Origin: Botryllus schlosseri
Taxonomy: Eukaryota
Direction: 5' to 3'
NCBI GenBank assembly: GCA_051294905.1
Contig: CM119377.1
Location: 4,650,001 to 4,714,000, forward strand
Length of the DNA: 64,000 nucleotides
The position numbers were made by a program, and so were the translations under genes. The notes below the pieces were generated by a model. The model worked only from the letters and a program-made list of their open reading frames with translations. It ran no database searches and was not told the origin of the DNA. Each line of letters opens with the position of its first letter. Position 1 is the first letter of the stretch. This document shows positions 48,601 through 61,269 of this stretch, one piece after another.

Positions 48601-51600
48601 AAAACTTGATTTTGTCCTAACGTATGCATATACAAATTAGGTGTTTTCCCACATAATGTATTAATTGTACTAGTTATGTTCATTTCTGGCTCGAAATGTC
48701 AGGCCTTAGTTCGGCCTGAAAAACTTTTTTGACTCAAAAAGAGACAAATTTTTTCATGAAAAACATTATTTTAACGAATTCCGGCCCTATGAAGATTTCC
48801 AGTAGTTACATCACGTATTATGGTAAAAATAATTAAAATCTGTTGTAGTACAACAATGAAAGATACTTTCCTGCATTCTCGGATAGAAAGTTGTGCGTGC
48901 GTACACTGCTAGTGACACACCGTGTTGCTTCATTCTGCATCACAATTTTTCATCATGCGCTTCTTGATATAAGAACCATGCAATGCCCAAGCAGTATTGC
49001 TTCAGTTAGGATTTTGCGGTACCTTGAGCATAACACCATGTCAACTTATTTGTTTTATTTGAATGTTTATGATTCACAATGAGCAGACAATGGGCCGCCC
49101 ACAACGGTAGGCCTATAAAGTAGGCTACAAGCTGTAAAATGTCAAACGATAAGTTCCCCGGCAATGCAGAATCTACATTACAAACGAAATGCAGGTTTTG
49201 AAAGAATTTTGACTGTTTACAATTTTGACTTTTTTTGACATGTCAAAAAAAATCGCCCTACTCATAACGCATCACTTCTCGTTCAGAACCCGCACTTGCT
49301 GACGGCAGTCATGAAGCCTGACGAAGACACACCACATTACCTGCAGTCGCCCTTATTAAACGAGGACTCGAGTCTGGTATCGACTTGTTGTCTCCGGACA
49401 AAAGTGGGCCCGTCCTACGCCGTTTTATGTGGGTGTCGATTAGTTGGTGCAATGCTTTCTTAAAGTTCACTCTTGTAAGCACACCTTGTCTTTTTACGCA
49501 GGGAGTGACGGATGGCTGACCACTGTGAAGCTATATCGTACATATACGTCGTTAAATATCCAAGCTGATCGTGTGATGCAACTAGAGGTGGGGTCAAAAA
49601 ATTTTTATATTTATTAATATTGTTATTTTCGTCACAATATCCATTGCAAAAATACATATATTTAAAATGGAAAACTTTTCGGGAGTTACTTGTGACGAGT
49701 TTCTGTACAATTTGCAATATCCCATTAGTTTGATTTGTGTTTGTCATACCGGTATGTCGTTTTACCTGTAACTGTACTTTGTTTGGTGTCACCGTTGTTG
49801 CTATGCTTATTTCATGGTAATTCACAGGCTGTTATAGCATACTTTGCTATCTTGGTTTCACCTAATTGAATCTGTTCGAATCCGTTTAGTGTGACGATAA
49901 CTCTTGATGACAAGCGCCTGAGAAGTGTTGAAGATAAAATATATATATATATATATGTATATTGTTGCGGTAGATATTGTGTTGAGAGCAATCTTCTAGT
50001 TCTATACCACTGACCATCTATTTGATATCTTTTTATTCCATTTCCTTTATAGGCGAATAAGGATCGCAAGCTGGTCTCTATCTGCCCAGATCAGGTCGTC
50101 GCGCTTTCTGGTATTATTGCTCATCCCGCAACATTTTCCCATCCCACGGTAACGACATTGATGTGTGTTATTTTGGCAGAGGGTAAGCTGGAACTGATCG
50201 ACATCAAGTTTGGAAGTATACTGCAGACTCTGGACGTAGTAGCGGATATCAATCGAGTTAGTTACTTGATTTACATGGTTTTACATCTCTAATATACGTC
50301 AATCTTGTTGGTAACTAACCAAATAACTAATTCACTGGTTTGGTTGGTGTCTGGGTATAATTATTCTGATCTTGGTAAAACCCAGATCAATGTTTACAAC
50401 ACTCTGTTCTCGCAAATAAAATCTCACGGGTTCAATACCCATGGCTGTCCTCAAAGAACCCAGCCACTGACGAGACGAACCGGTGCCCGCCCCGGCGAGC
50501 CTGTAGGAATAGGTTGCGACAGCAAGGACATCGTCGTAAAAATTCAGCCAAATCATGATACGGGTGATTGAGCTGTAGCAGCCCACACGCGGGATGTTAA
50601 GATCTGTAGAACACTTTTTTTTTATCTGTCTGCCGTTATTGCGGCATCATAGAGTTGCCAGTATGAAAATAACAGGGGGGCAGGCTTGGATAACCACATA
50701 ATTCTTATGTCTAGTGAGACTGATGACAAGGGCAAGTTTCTGTAACTTTTTTTACAACTTCCAGCAGGTTCCTCAATACTCAGGAGTTTGTAGTATGGTG
50801 TTTTAAGCTGCTTGGGGGAATATATTGCTACTTTATGCAACTTTTTTCGATTTTTCGTGCAACCAACCTACTGGAAATATGTGGCACTATATGTAAATTG
50901 ATCGCTTGATTATTTCATTGTCGTTTAAATTTGAGGTCCTTTCTGATTTGACGTACATTCAGGCTAGATCAGTGGTTCCCAGCGTGGGCGATATCGCCCC
51001 CCAGGGGCCGATTTGGCAGTCTAGGGGGGCGAAAACGGACGAAGGGGGCGAAAGCAACGAAGGGGGCGATGGCGCGTTAAAACGGCAATATTGGAGTCGA
51101 GACCGCAACTACCGCATCCCAAACTCCCCAATTGGAGGTGGGGGCCCGAACTCGAGGGGGGCCCAAAATTATTTTGTGAATTAACAATAATTATAGAGTA
51201 ATCTTTTAGAAATTCATGCAACTTTTTCAGAAATTTTTCGCGCGGCGCTCGATTTAATAATATAATATATCTTGATTTTGTGGTACCCGTCACCCAACAA
51301 AAATACGCATGATTTATGGAAGTGGGAGACTTCGGCGTCGATCATTACTGCGCCACGACGCACCAATACATATGAAGTTAGAGGCCATATAACATGCGAC
51401 TCCGAGAAGTGTGCCAGAACGATCAGCTGCGAAAAGGCCTTGGCCGAAAAGGAATGCCCTTGTGCTGACAGGAAACTTTGATATACATATATGTTTAATT
51501 GTCCATAGGCGCCTCAATGGCTGGCGTCGAATGTTCCTGTCCTGGCGACCTTAACCCTACAGGACAAATGCCATCCCGCAAGGAAAAAATTATTTGCCAG

Positions 51601-54600
51601 TACAGAAATACCAATTTGAAATCATGTGCGTCTTTTAGTTTGGTACGTTTTGACGATTTCCATATCTTCTGACATAGCAGATATAGGAGGTCACGAAATA
51701 GCATGATGTAACGAAGTCAATATAACAACGATTCCGACCGAAGTTGTTTAATTATTATTTAGGGGTCCTACCTTTTCCAATACACCAAACTCAGTTCTAC
51801 CGGTAAATCTGATTACGCTAGCAGAAAGAGGATAAAAATTGATAGCGATGTGTACGCAATTCCCGACCATATTGACCGATTCAAACATGAGTTTATAAAT
51901 TTATCGCGCTTCGCGCGATTAGGCGAAATACGGTGACTCACCAAACAGTACATGAAATAGAGTATAGCTTATATGTAGCGACAAAAGGCCCACTGGCTGA
52001 GGGAGGTCTGCGGTTTGGCTTATCACCCTATGTGGCCAAAGACCAATGTTTGGGGGGCTGACGAAGTGCTGTTTTTAGTTGCCCAATATTTGGGGGGCGA
52101 TGATCGGTGTGGAGCTTCAAAAGGGGGCGATGAGCCGAAAAAGGTTGGGAACCACTGGGCTAGATTATATTTTCACTGGGTAACTTTTCAGGCTATTGAT
52201 TTTGTTGAAGTCGCCAACACTGAGTTTTGCTACAGTACCTTCAATACTGATCGATTCGAGTATTTCATACCCTGATAATTTCAAGGAACTTGTACGTGAA
52301 TGCAACTTTTGTGGTAAATATATGCAAGTCTCCACGGATTTGACAAAAACTCGCCCTACTAATAATTCTATAATTTTAAACTGATTTCTAATTTGTAGCC
52401 TATAATATACAAATTTACTCGAGTCGAGTCCAACTTTTGGTGTTGGAATATATTCGCAAGCTGTAAAAATTTTACCCCGCCAGATTTTTGCCCTCGACGA
52501 CGTTCTCGTGTTGGACTCGCCCGATAAAGTGCACAAGGTCGAGTTCAAGGTCGGCGCCTTGACGTTGTCCCAAGCGATCATGAAAAACGAACAGGCCAAC
52601 GCCGTGAGCATGCCCAGCTGCCCCCAATGGACGCAGACAAAGGTAGTTCGAGTCTGTTCGAGATCTTTTGTTTGTCATATTTATTCTTTCGCTGTGTTGC
52701 AGGGATTCCACTTTTACGACGAAAACAGGATCAAGAAGCTGGTCGACGTAAGTATGCTGAGAGCAGGGTTGTAATGACCATAGTCGTGACTTGACTTGAG
52801 TCATTTTTTCAAACGCGTAAAATCACTCGACTCGAGTCAATTTCTGTATTCAGTAGAGTCCTTGTGTATGATTCATACTGAGTCGTATGACTCGAGACTA
52901 GGCCAGGCAAGACAGACGTTTCATTGTAACTTCGAAGAATAGTAAAGTCACCACATTCTTGGTATAAAAGTGAGATTGACTTGTGACTCGGAACCTTGCG
53001 ACTTGGTTACAACCCTGGCTGAGAGCAAAGGGTAGCGTGGGACATTATGCACTATAAAAATCTGGGTAGGTAATCCGTTGATTAAGTTCTGGAATTGTCC
53101 ACTAAGAAGAGATATGAATATGTGGTCACGTCGTTCGAGGTTCTACACGGCGCATTCAATCTGAAATCTTCACCGACGTTCTTCTTAAATGTTCAATGGC
53201 ATGCAATATTGAGTTTTCTAACCAATCAACCTTAACGAACCGTATTCTTAGCCAGGCCCATTGTACACACGCGTATAAACATCTTTACGAGTAGGATGTA
53301 TTTTCAAGAACCTAATACACCACAGTGGAGTACAATGACAATTGAAGGCAAATTGACTTGCATGATTCCATTCCTTGATAGTATCTGTCTAGAGAGTTGC
53401 GACTTTGAGATATCGTGTAGCGTGCTGCCTATGAATTATGTTAACCTAAAAAGGCCTTGAGCGTCAATGTCGTTAGTATGAGTAATAATAAAAATTTTGT
53501 CGTGTTGGCCATTGTGTAAAAAAGGTATGGGAAACGCTACTCGACTGTAAACAGCAGTAACACCGCGTATATTTGTAGTGCATTGTAAGTAAAAGTAACG
53601 ATTTTCGAGATGTGTCACAGCTACTTCAAGTGGAAGTACAAAATGAAGATGAAAAGTATCTGAGCGAGTAGTTTCCAAAAGTCATCTAATTGAAGGGTTG
53701 CCTACTTGCTATTGATGAGATAAACGGATATGGCTATACTTTTGAAAATTGATTCAATTGCAGTGACTCAGGGCTAATTCTCATAGTTTTTGTGGCAAAT
53801 GATGCAAACGTCAGCTATAACTGCTTTATAAGTAGTCCAAGCATATAAACACTGAGTCGGTCGTTCAAGCCACTTTTAAATATATATTTCAGTTATCTGA
53901 AGAGCTTCTTGGAGGTACAGCACTTCAATATACCGCTGAATAATATATTCATATTGCAAAATTGAATATTTTTGGTTGACACTCGTCAGCTACTAGTAGA
54001 GAATCCTCGATAATTTGAAATTTCATGCCGGTGATGTCACATTTTGTGATACGATTGTTGACATATAACGTTTTTTTCTAATTCTCTACTAGTAAATGAC
54101 GATTACCCCTGACGAGTGTCAGCATCAAAATTTCGGGTTTATTTCCATATGAATATAACTATTCAATTTCAGTATCTGTTCGATGTTGTCCCGGCTGATG
54201 TAGTAAGGCCCTGCTTTTTCATATGCTCTGATTTTTCATTGCTCATCCGATGTCGGTTAAAATTATTTTATATCGCGACCTCGCAGGCGAATTCCCAGGC
54301 GAAATTCGAACGCTTGTGGTCGGAGTTTGTGGGCATTCACAACGAAACATACATGGAGAGGTTCTACCGTACGGATACGATGCGAAGCATTTTCGACAAA
54401 GTGGGAACGGACGACGGCAGAAAAGATTTTTGGCCACGCGAAACTTTACTGAAAATTGTCGACACGGGTCATATCCAAGGGAGGTGAGTGACATTCAAGA
54501 CGTGGGACCTCTGAGGCGTGTGGTTGAAATTCTACCAAGTAGGCTATGAAAAAAAAAAATGGTGTGAGTGGTGGTGAGTTACGAAGTACTTCTCTATCCT

Positions 54601-57585
54601 CAAGTAGATTTTGCGCCACTTTTAGGCTACTACAATTTTATTTCGTCACAGGATTTATCTGCTGAATCAACTTGAATTTCTCTTTTAAAAGATTAGTATT
54701 CATAACTGGGTTGTAATGACTCGAGTCGGGATTTTCTGATGACTCGACTGGACTCGAGTCATTTTGTCAAAATACTGCGCATGACTCGATCCAAGTCATA
54801 TGACTCGAGACTCAGACGGCCAAGACCGACATTTCCTTGTAATTTCGAAGAATAGTTATGTAACCACACTATTGGGATTTTGTCTATTGGTACTGGTACT
54901 TGATAATGCGACCAGAAACTGCTAAAAGTGAGGAAAATTAGTGAAATATATATGCGTACCATTCGATATCACCAAACAGTTATAAAAAGTGAATTTAACA
55001 AGACTTTAACTGGAGACTGAGCAGTCAACACAATGACTTTGACTCGAGTCATAATACCATGACTCGGACTCGACCCTCTGCTCGCTGACTTGGACTCGGA
55101 CTTGACTTGGTGGTGAATGGAAAATGACTCGACTTGACTCGAGTCAAAACTATGAAAGTGAGATTGACTTGTGACTCGGAGATTTCCGACTTGGTTACAA
55201 CCCTGATACATAATTACAGTATGGTGAATGACGAGTTGGTCTGTATTTTCACATCACTCGCAATCTTCCTTATATGTCTGCTATTTGTGCCGTTTGGTTG
55301 CTAGTTATGACTATTCGCAGGTGGGCGCACGGACTAATTTCACAAATACTTCATAAAGAAGACTGGGAATTCGCACGTGTTTGCATTCGAAAATTGAACG
55401 AGACACCCGAGTCCATCGTCGTGCAGTGTATCACGTCTGTAATGACCCGGTCAGTATCTGTCTTTTGTGCTCTCTCTCTTGACCCTCCTGTTGTGATGGT
55501 TGAAATTTATTTTAAACATTTTTTTTACCTACATTTTTCTTGTCTGATACCGTAATGCTGATGGCAAAGTTCAAGTTCTGAGAATATTCATTTTCAGTTG
55601 TTAAACCCACTATCAGTAAGCGCCAACAAATATTTTTCATTTAGTTCTGAAGATGACACAAATGGAGGAACTGACGAAAACAGCCAATCAAGCATCATGT
55701 ATCCTTTATAATCATAGTGATATGTACAACGTCTTACGATGTTACTGATAACTAGCAATGATATGTGCCTGGCTGCGGTATTTGGTGCACGAAACTGGAC
55801 TCGTTATTTGTAAAACCGATGCCTTAATCCCAGGGTTCCCAACCATTTTAACCGTGTTGACCCCCTTTGAAAATTTTGAAAAATCAATGGCCCCTCTATT
55901 TTTAACCTTATGAAAAAATTGATTGATTTAAAAAAACGGTTTATCCAGTATCTAGTCGTTAGAATGATAAAGTGATATAAATAGAACGGAAAATGAACAT
56001 GATAGTACCTTAATTAGTCATTACGTATTCAGTTTTGTGATGGTTGAGCTTATTTTTGCTCTTATAAAATGTTTGGTGGTGAAAAGAAGCCAGCCTCATG
56101 TCATGATGAATATCCAAGACACTGCGATAGTGTTTTGATTTGTTTTCATAAGTAACGGCGCGCAATGGCATCGCTATTTGATCAGGCTTAGGGTACCCTT
56201 TTCCCCGAGATAGGGTCTAACTATCTTTCTCTAATCTCAGTCGAGTGGCCACCTCTTCCTGCAGCTTAAATTTTAATTTATTTTCTTTGACTTGATCGTG
56301 ATAAGATGAGTTTTTTTAAAGCTTGCTATCATTTCCCCCTTCTTGAAAAATGCCCATGGCCCACCGGTTGGAAACCCCTGCTTTATTCCGTGTCTGGTAT
56401 TGAGCAACAATTTTACAAGATTTACTATTTTTGTTTGTCAACCTTGACTCGTGTGATGTCAGGCGCGAAACCATTCAGTTGGAGTACACCACGTCTATTT
56501 TGAGGGAGGAATTAACCGCGATGCCATTTCCTGCGGTTCGGGTAGGTGTTTATCGCGGTGAAGAATATGCAAGCTGTGTTTGTAACATTTTCGAAAAATT
56601 GGTTCTACTACCACTGGTACATTTTTGACTTCGTCACTTCTACTGTGTCTGCTTTTCTAATACTTTCAATACTTGCAACTTTGTAGGGTGAGAATTTTTC
56701 AATTACTTTTCACTACTTTTGCATTGAAATGCTGCAAAACCTCGATTCATAAGCACTTGCCTGTAATACACCATTTATCGGCAGTTTTATGAAGGACGAG
56801 TTTTATTTTTGGCGATAGATCGCAGTATATTGCAACTTTCTCCACGCGAGTCTACAGTAATAACTATTTTGCGACTTAGTCTGTGTGGTCACAATTGATT
56901 GGTGATCGATCATCAATTTGCGCTGTTCGTGTGTCTGCTTGTCGTTCGTATGCCTGAAATCGAAATCTTTCTCCTTTTTTGAATTTGTGGTGTTGTAATT
57001 GATAATACCAAACGTAGAATGTTGAACAAAGCTTTCTAGTCTGGATTTGGGAATCGGGCCAATTATAGTTCTGGTCAATTTCTTGTTGGGAAGTCCCTTG
57101 CCCAATGCTGGATTTTCAAACTACCGTTTCTGCAATTTTAGTACTTGAATTAGATCTTTTTTGTCCACATTACGCTACTCTGCTTATTTATAAACTTTCG
57201 CAAATTTTGCATTACTTTCAGAAATTTTTGGCCTTCCTAACCGGACTCCTCGAAGAATTGGGTCTCTCGTCGTCAGAACCGAGTTTGAATCAGGTATTGT
57301 TGGCTGTTAGAGTTTTGCAAGGCTCGTGTCGAAGCATTGTTACATTTTTCAATGCAGGTCGTTTCGTGGCTGAGCCTGCTGCTCGATTCTCACATTACCG
57401 AAATGGTGATGCTGGAAGACTGCTGGCCTTCGATACGTAGGCTGCAGAAGGCCGTGGGGTTGCAACACGAAATCTTTGAGGAGTTGACAACAATCAGCAT
57501 GCTGATGGCCCGGATCGAGTGCAAGATGGAGGCTCCCAGGGAGAAACGCATGTATTATTATGTGCAGAGGATGCATTTAGTGTAA
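45679..57585 (+). CDS. NOL11: Nucleolar protein 11 (UTP8-like), 615 aa, 15 coding exons
   Basis: Exons 45679-45807, 46551-46721, 47270-47491, 49287-49428, 49502-49587, 50053-50110, 50180-50256, 52484-52642, 52703-52747, 54287-54483, 55321-55449, 55645-55698, 56463-56541, 57222-57293, 57358-57585 join in frame (1848 nt). Colinear similarity to NOL11 as recalled: EPVVIFEEGSI (EPLVLFKEGAV), FWPRETL (FYPRNCL), TPESIV (IPESVT), PSLNQVVSWLSLLLDSH (PTLNQIMDWICLLLDAN). Confidence 0.85.
50970..52157. mobile_element. hAT Charlie/Buster-type non-autonomous element (1188 bp) in a NOL11 intron
   Basis: CAGTGGTTCCCAGC...GGTTGGGAACCACTG; perfect TSD GGCTAGAT (50962-50969, 52158-52165) with central TA. Confidence 0.88.
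52764..53017 (+). mobile_element. GACTCGAGTC-rich hAT MITE (copy F, internally deleted, 254 bp)
   Basis: CAGGGTTGTAAT...GTTACAACCCTG; perfect TSD GCTGAGAG (52756-52763, 53018-53025). Confidence 0.88.
54706..55205 (+). mobile_element. GACTCGAGTC-rich hAT MITE (copy G)
   Basis: CTGGGTTGTAAT...GTTACAACCCTG; TSD ATTCATAA / ATACATAA (7/8). Confidence 0.85.
55830..56380. mobile_element. hAT Charlie-type MITE
   Basis: CAGGGTTCCCAACC...GGTTGGAAACCCCTG; flanks CCTTAATC / CTTTATTC (6/8). The left part resembles 11367-11430. Confidence 0.65.
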
Positions 57586-57589
57586 TAAA
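57584..57589 (+). terminator. Polyadenylation signal AATAAA overlapping the NOL11 stop codon
   Basis: GTG-TAA-TAAAG: the stop occupies 57583-57585 and AATAAA occupies 57584-57589. Confidence 0.55.
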
Positions 57590-57894
57590 GCCTATCTTGT
57601 AAAACTGGAGTTGGAATAGGAGAGGGTGGGCAAAGTGAAGGATAAATGATTGGTAGAGTCTGAATTTAGGGTGTAGGAGTTTAAAAGTAGCACCATCTTT
57701 TCAAGGCAAACAATTACAACGTAGTGCATGGATGGGTCCCGGCACACTGGTGGGCCACGGGAGCATTTGAGTTGGGCTACTAAGCCATTTGGAAAATTTT
57801 AGAAAATAAGGTAAGTTTAGTTATGTTGAACGCTAAAAATGTATTCATCAACCTTTTCATCCGACTATGATGAGACGTATAGTGGCACACGGAG

Positions 57895-58178
57895 TCATCT
57901 CCTCCGCTCAGAACTCAAAATACCGTTTTTCTCCCCACATTGCTAGGTGGATGACTAAAAAAAAAAAAAAAGGTCATCTTTTCGCTCAGAGCTATAATCA
58001 CCGTTTTTCACCCGTCGGAGCTTCACGTCTGTGCTAATATATGGCATACCACTCGCAATTTGCTCTAAATCGGCTCTAAATCCTAAAAAAGAGGACAAAA
58101 TCTCAAAAAAGAGGACAAAAGGGCGTCCTCCGACGACACTTTCAAAAAAGTCAAAAAAGAGGACGTATGGTAAGCCTA
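57895..58178 (+). mobile_element. 5'-truncated copy of the TAGGCTTACC/GAGGAC family
   Basis: Colinear with about 2500-2770; ends GTATGGTAAGCCTA. Confidence 0.75.
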
Positions 58179-58501
58179 GTATATAATGACTGAAAGGTAA
58201 TGCTGAAGTAACCCACTACTCCGACAGGGTCATATACTTTCACTGCCGGCCATCCGGCAGTCGACGAGCATGACCACATTCAAGTCGAAATACAAGCAAT
58301 TACTACTAAATAAATACAGTCCATCCTCAAGATTACCGGACCACGACTGACCTATCGATCTCGCTTCCCATGACATGCCGCCCTATTTCTTGTCGCTTTC
58401 TTTTTCTATACTATCTTCTTTACTTTCATTCAGTGTGCATGCCTCCTCTTTACATCGCCTAGGCCAAGGTGGGTGTCCGATTCCATAGACAACTCCTAGT
58501 C

Positions 58502-60059
58502 CAGCGGTTCCCAACCGGGGAGGAATTCCCCCCTTGGGGGGAATTTTGCAATTTCTAGGGAGGAATTCGACTATAGAATTGTAACGGATTTCCCAAATTG
58601 TTCATGTTCGAACTGTCATGTAGTCTACCAGTTATATCCGAAAGTATGCTTCTTATGGCTGTTTTTTGTTTGCTTAAAGTATGTTCAAATGCTATTTGAA
58701 ATTTCCTTTTCATATACAAATCCCCCCACCCCTATTTTAACTAGTTCAGATGTGCTGCGGTTCGCAAGACAATTTTGCAGGCCAGCGACGGCCTCTCAAT
58801 CAAATATATCCTAAGCGAGTAAATGTCATGCCGAATCCATCACAATTAAGGCATTTAGTGAATGTATTTATCTTATATTTTCAAGTCAACATTTTCAGAC
58901 AGTTACTAAATATTCCAACGTCATCGCTTCAAGTCGAAGAGATCGCCAGCCTTGCTTTATTTTTAGCGAACAGCTACCCGATCGAAAAAGGACATGATGA
59001 ACTTGGTGCAATGTTGCCGAAACGTAATGGGTGTCCTAAATTTCAATGAGCCCCAGCAGGGAATCTGATCACGTGTATGTTATATATCAGGGCAGTAACA
59101 CAGTCACCGGGCTCCCAGTCTCATGTAAATCTCACTTTCATAGTTTTGACTCGTGTCAAGTCGAGTCATTTTCAATTCACCATTGAGTCAAGTCCGAGTC
59201 CAAGTCACCGAGCAGACGGTCGAGTCCGAGTCATGGTATTATGACTCGAGTACGAGTCCAAGTCACACACAAGTCAACACTGTTTGGTGATATTGAATGA
59301 TTTGGATTTATGATATACTAATTTTCCTGACTTGTTTCTTGTCGACAACTAATTTTCCTGACTTGTTTCTTGTCGCATTGTCAAGTACCAGGATCAATAG
59401 ACGAAATTCCAACATTCATGTCCAACTGTACTTTTCTTCGAAATTACAATGAAATGTCGGTCTTGGCCGTTGTACAGTCTTGAGTCATATGGCTTGGTTC
59501 GAGTCATGCACAATGACTCGAGTCCAAGTCGAGTCAATACCCAAATTGTCTCGACGAGTCGTTTCCGTATTTTGAGAAAATGACTCATGTCAAGTCGAGT
59601 TATCAGATAATGGTGACTCGAGTCAAACTCGAGTCTGGTCAACCCGGCTGTGTATGAAAGTGCCACTATTGTTGGCGAAATGCATACGCAAACTTGAAAA
59701 AAAAATCGCGAGACCACCAGTAAATTTATGGATACTGATTTTTCACTGCAGTTATATTAGCGATTGCTGCATGGTATGCCGAAAACACAAATGGACGTGT
59801 GGGGCTCTGTTGAGTCAAGCCTTCCAGAATATGTGTGATTGGGACTAAGACCATATGGTTGTTGGAGGTCTATAAAGTGTTATTACAGCACTGCTAGAAA
59901 CAAACACTCGGTACCGCCCGTCTTATTCTCTCAGTCAACAGGTGTTCGCGCGGTAAAATTGACCATTTTTATTCATCGGGCAGATTTATCCTTAGGGGGG
60001 AATTTTGGCTAAAATTTCGGCCAAGGGAGGCACGAGATGAAAAAGGTTGGGAAACACTG
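58502..60059. mobile_element. hAT Charlie/Buster-type element (1558 bp including a nested MITE)
   Basis: CAGCGGTTCCCAACC...GGTTGGGAAACACTG; perfect TSD TCCTAGTC (58494-58501, 60060-60067). Confidence 0.88.
59088..59648 (-). mobile_element. Degenerate GACTCGAGTC-rich MITE (copy H), inverted
   Basis: Reverse complement of the family body; the ends are degenerate and no TSD could be resolved. Confidence 0.7.
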
Positions 60060-61269
60060 TCCTAGTCGCTTCGACATCTTCCTTTCTTTTCATTGTATCG
60101 CATTTTTGTGGTGTATTGGACTGATAAAATTGCTAATAAACCAATGATGATGATGTTTACGAAGTTCTAGTGGAAAATGTTCCTGCAATATCGATTGGCT
60201 CGAAATTCTTATATAGATCTCTGCCTATTTATAACTACATGCGCAGAATAACCCAGATCGTTTCAGGCAGCTTTGATGTAGAGACCACCTCAACGAAACA
60301 CTTCACATTTTTTACTGTCCCTGACCAAACCCCGCTTTCAGAACGTCTGTGATTCAAAAGAACATCTGGTACTGTATTCGCTCATTCAAATGATAATCAG
60401 CTTCAAACATTTCATAGTCAATTTCCTCATTCTTTTGCATATAACGGAATAAATCAAACCAAGTATAGTATATTTAGCAAAGTATATAATACAAGGAGTG
60501 TGCAGCTCAAAAATGAAGAATCAGCATTTCATTCGATTTCAAGGTAGATGTACTCAAAACTTGAAGACAGATCGCGGTTAAAGATGTATTTTCATAAGTA
60601 TACTCAGAACAATAATACGATCATGTGTGTAATGACACGTTGACTTATTGGAAAGTCATAATTAATGTAAGGTGTCGGTTATAACAATGACCATGACAGG
60701 CACGTCTCGGGACTAACACACAAAAGACAAACAATAATTTACGAACGTGTGGAACTCAAAAAATTCTCAACTGTATTTGTTCAGCAATTTAACATTAATG
60801 GACAAATATCAAGATACCGTAAGTTAGCTAGTTCTGAAACTTTCTAATGGCTTCATATCCCAAATTTATAAACAAGTGATATCCAGGCTAGTAGGATAGG
60901 TTGTAAGTTGGGCAAAAAATCTTCAACCATAAGATTGTGTAGCCATAGTATTAAATTATCAAGCTACACTTCAAAGGTAGTGACATTTTTCCATAAATCA
61001 TATGGGAAGAATGTGAAAGCATGCATACGGAATCGATTGCACAATGCATATTAAAGAGTGTTTACAATCGAAAAGAATCTCTATTAACTGCTTATGATTA
61101 TATACGTGCAATGGAAATTATTAGTTAACGATATATGGTAAATAAATAACGCTAGCGGCAAATGATGGCCTTTCACAGACAAAACAGAAGTTTGAACTAA
61201 AAAATTCTTGAATAATACGCAATATGTCATGATTAAGTAGAACTTATGGTGATACACAACAAAAAAGAT

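Noticed and set aside
48527-48789. TAGGG...CCCTA-bounded element
   Set aside because: The flanks do not match as a TSD and the TIR similarity is too short; probably a decayed TE remnant that I cannot delimit.
48849-49082. Possible extra NOL11 exon (YNNERYF...) and the ORF at 47534-47749
   Set aside because: The exon chain 47491 to 49287 to 49502 to 50053 is already in phase and covers the homologous region.
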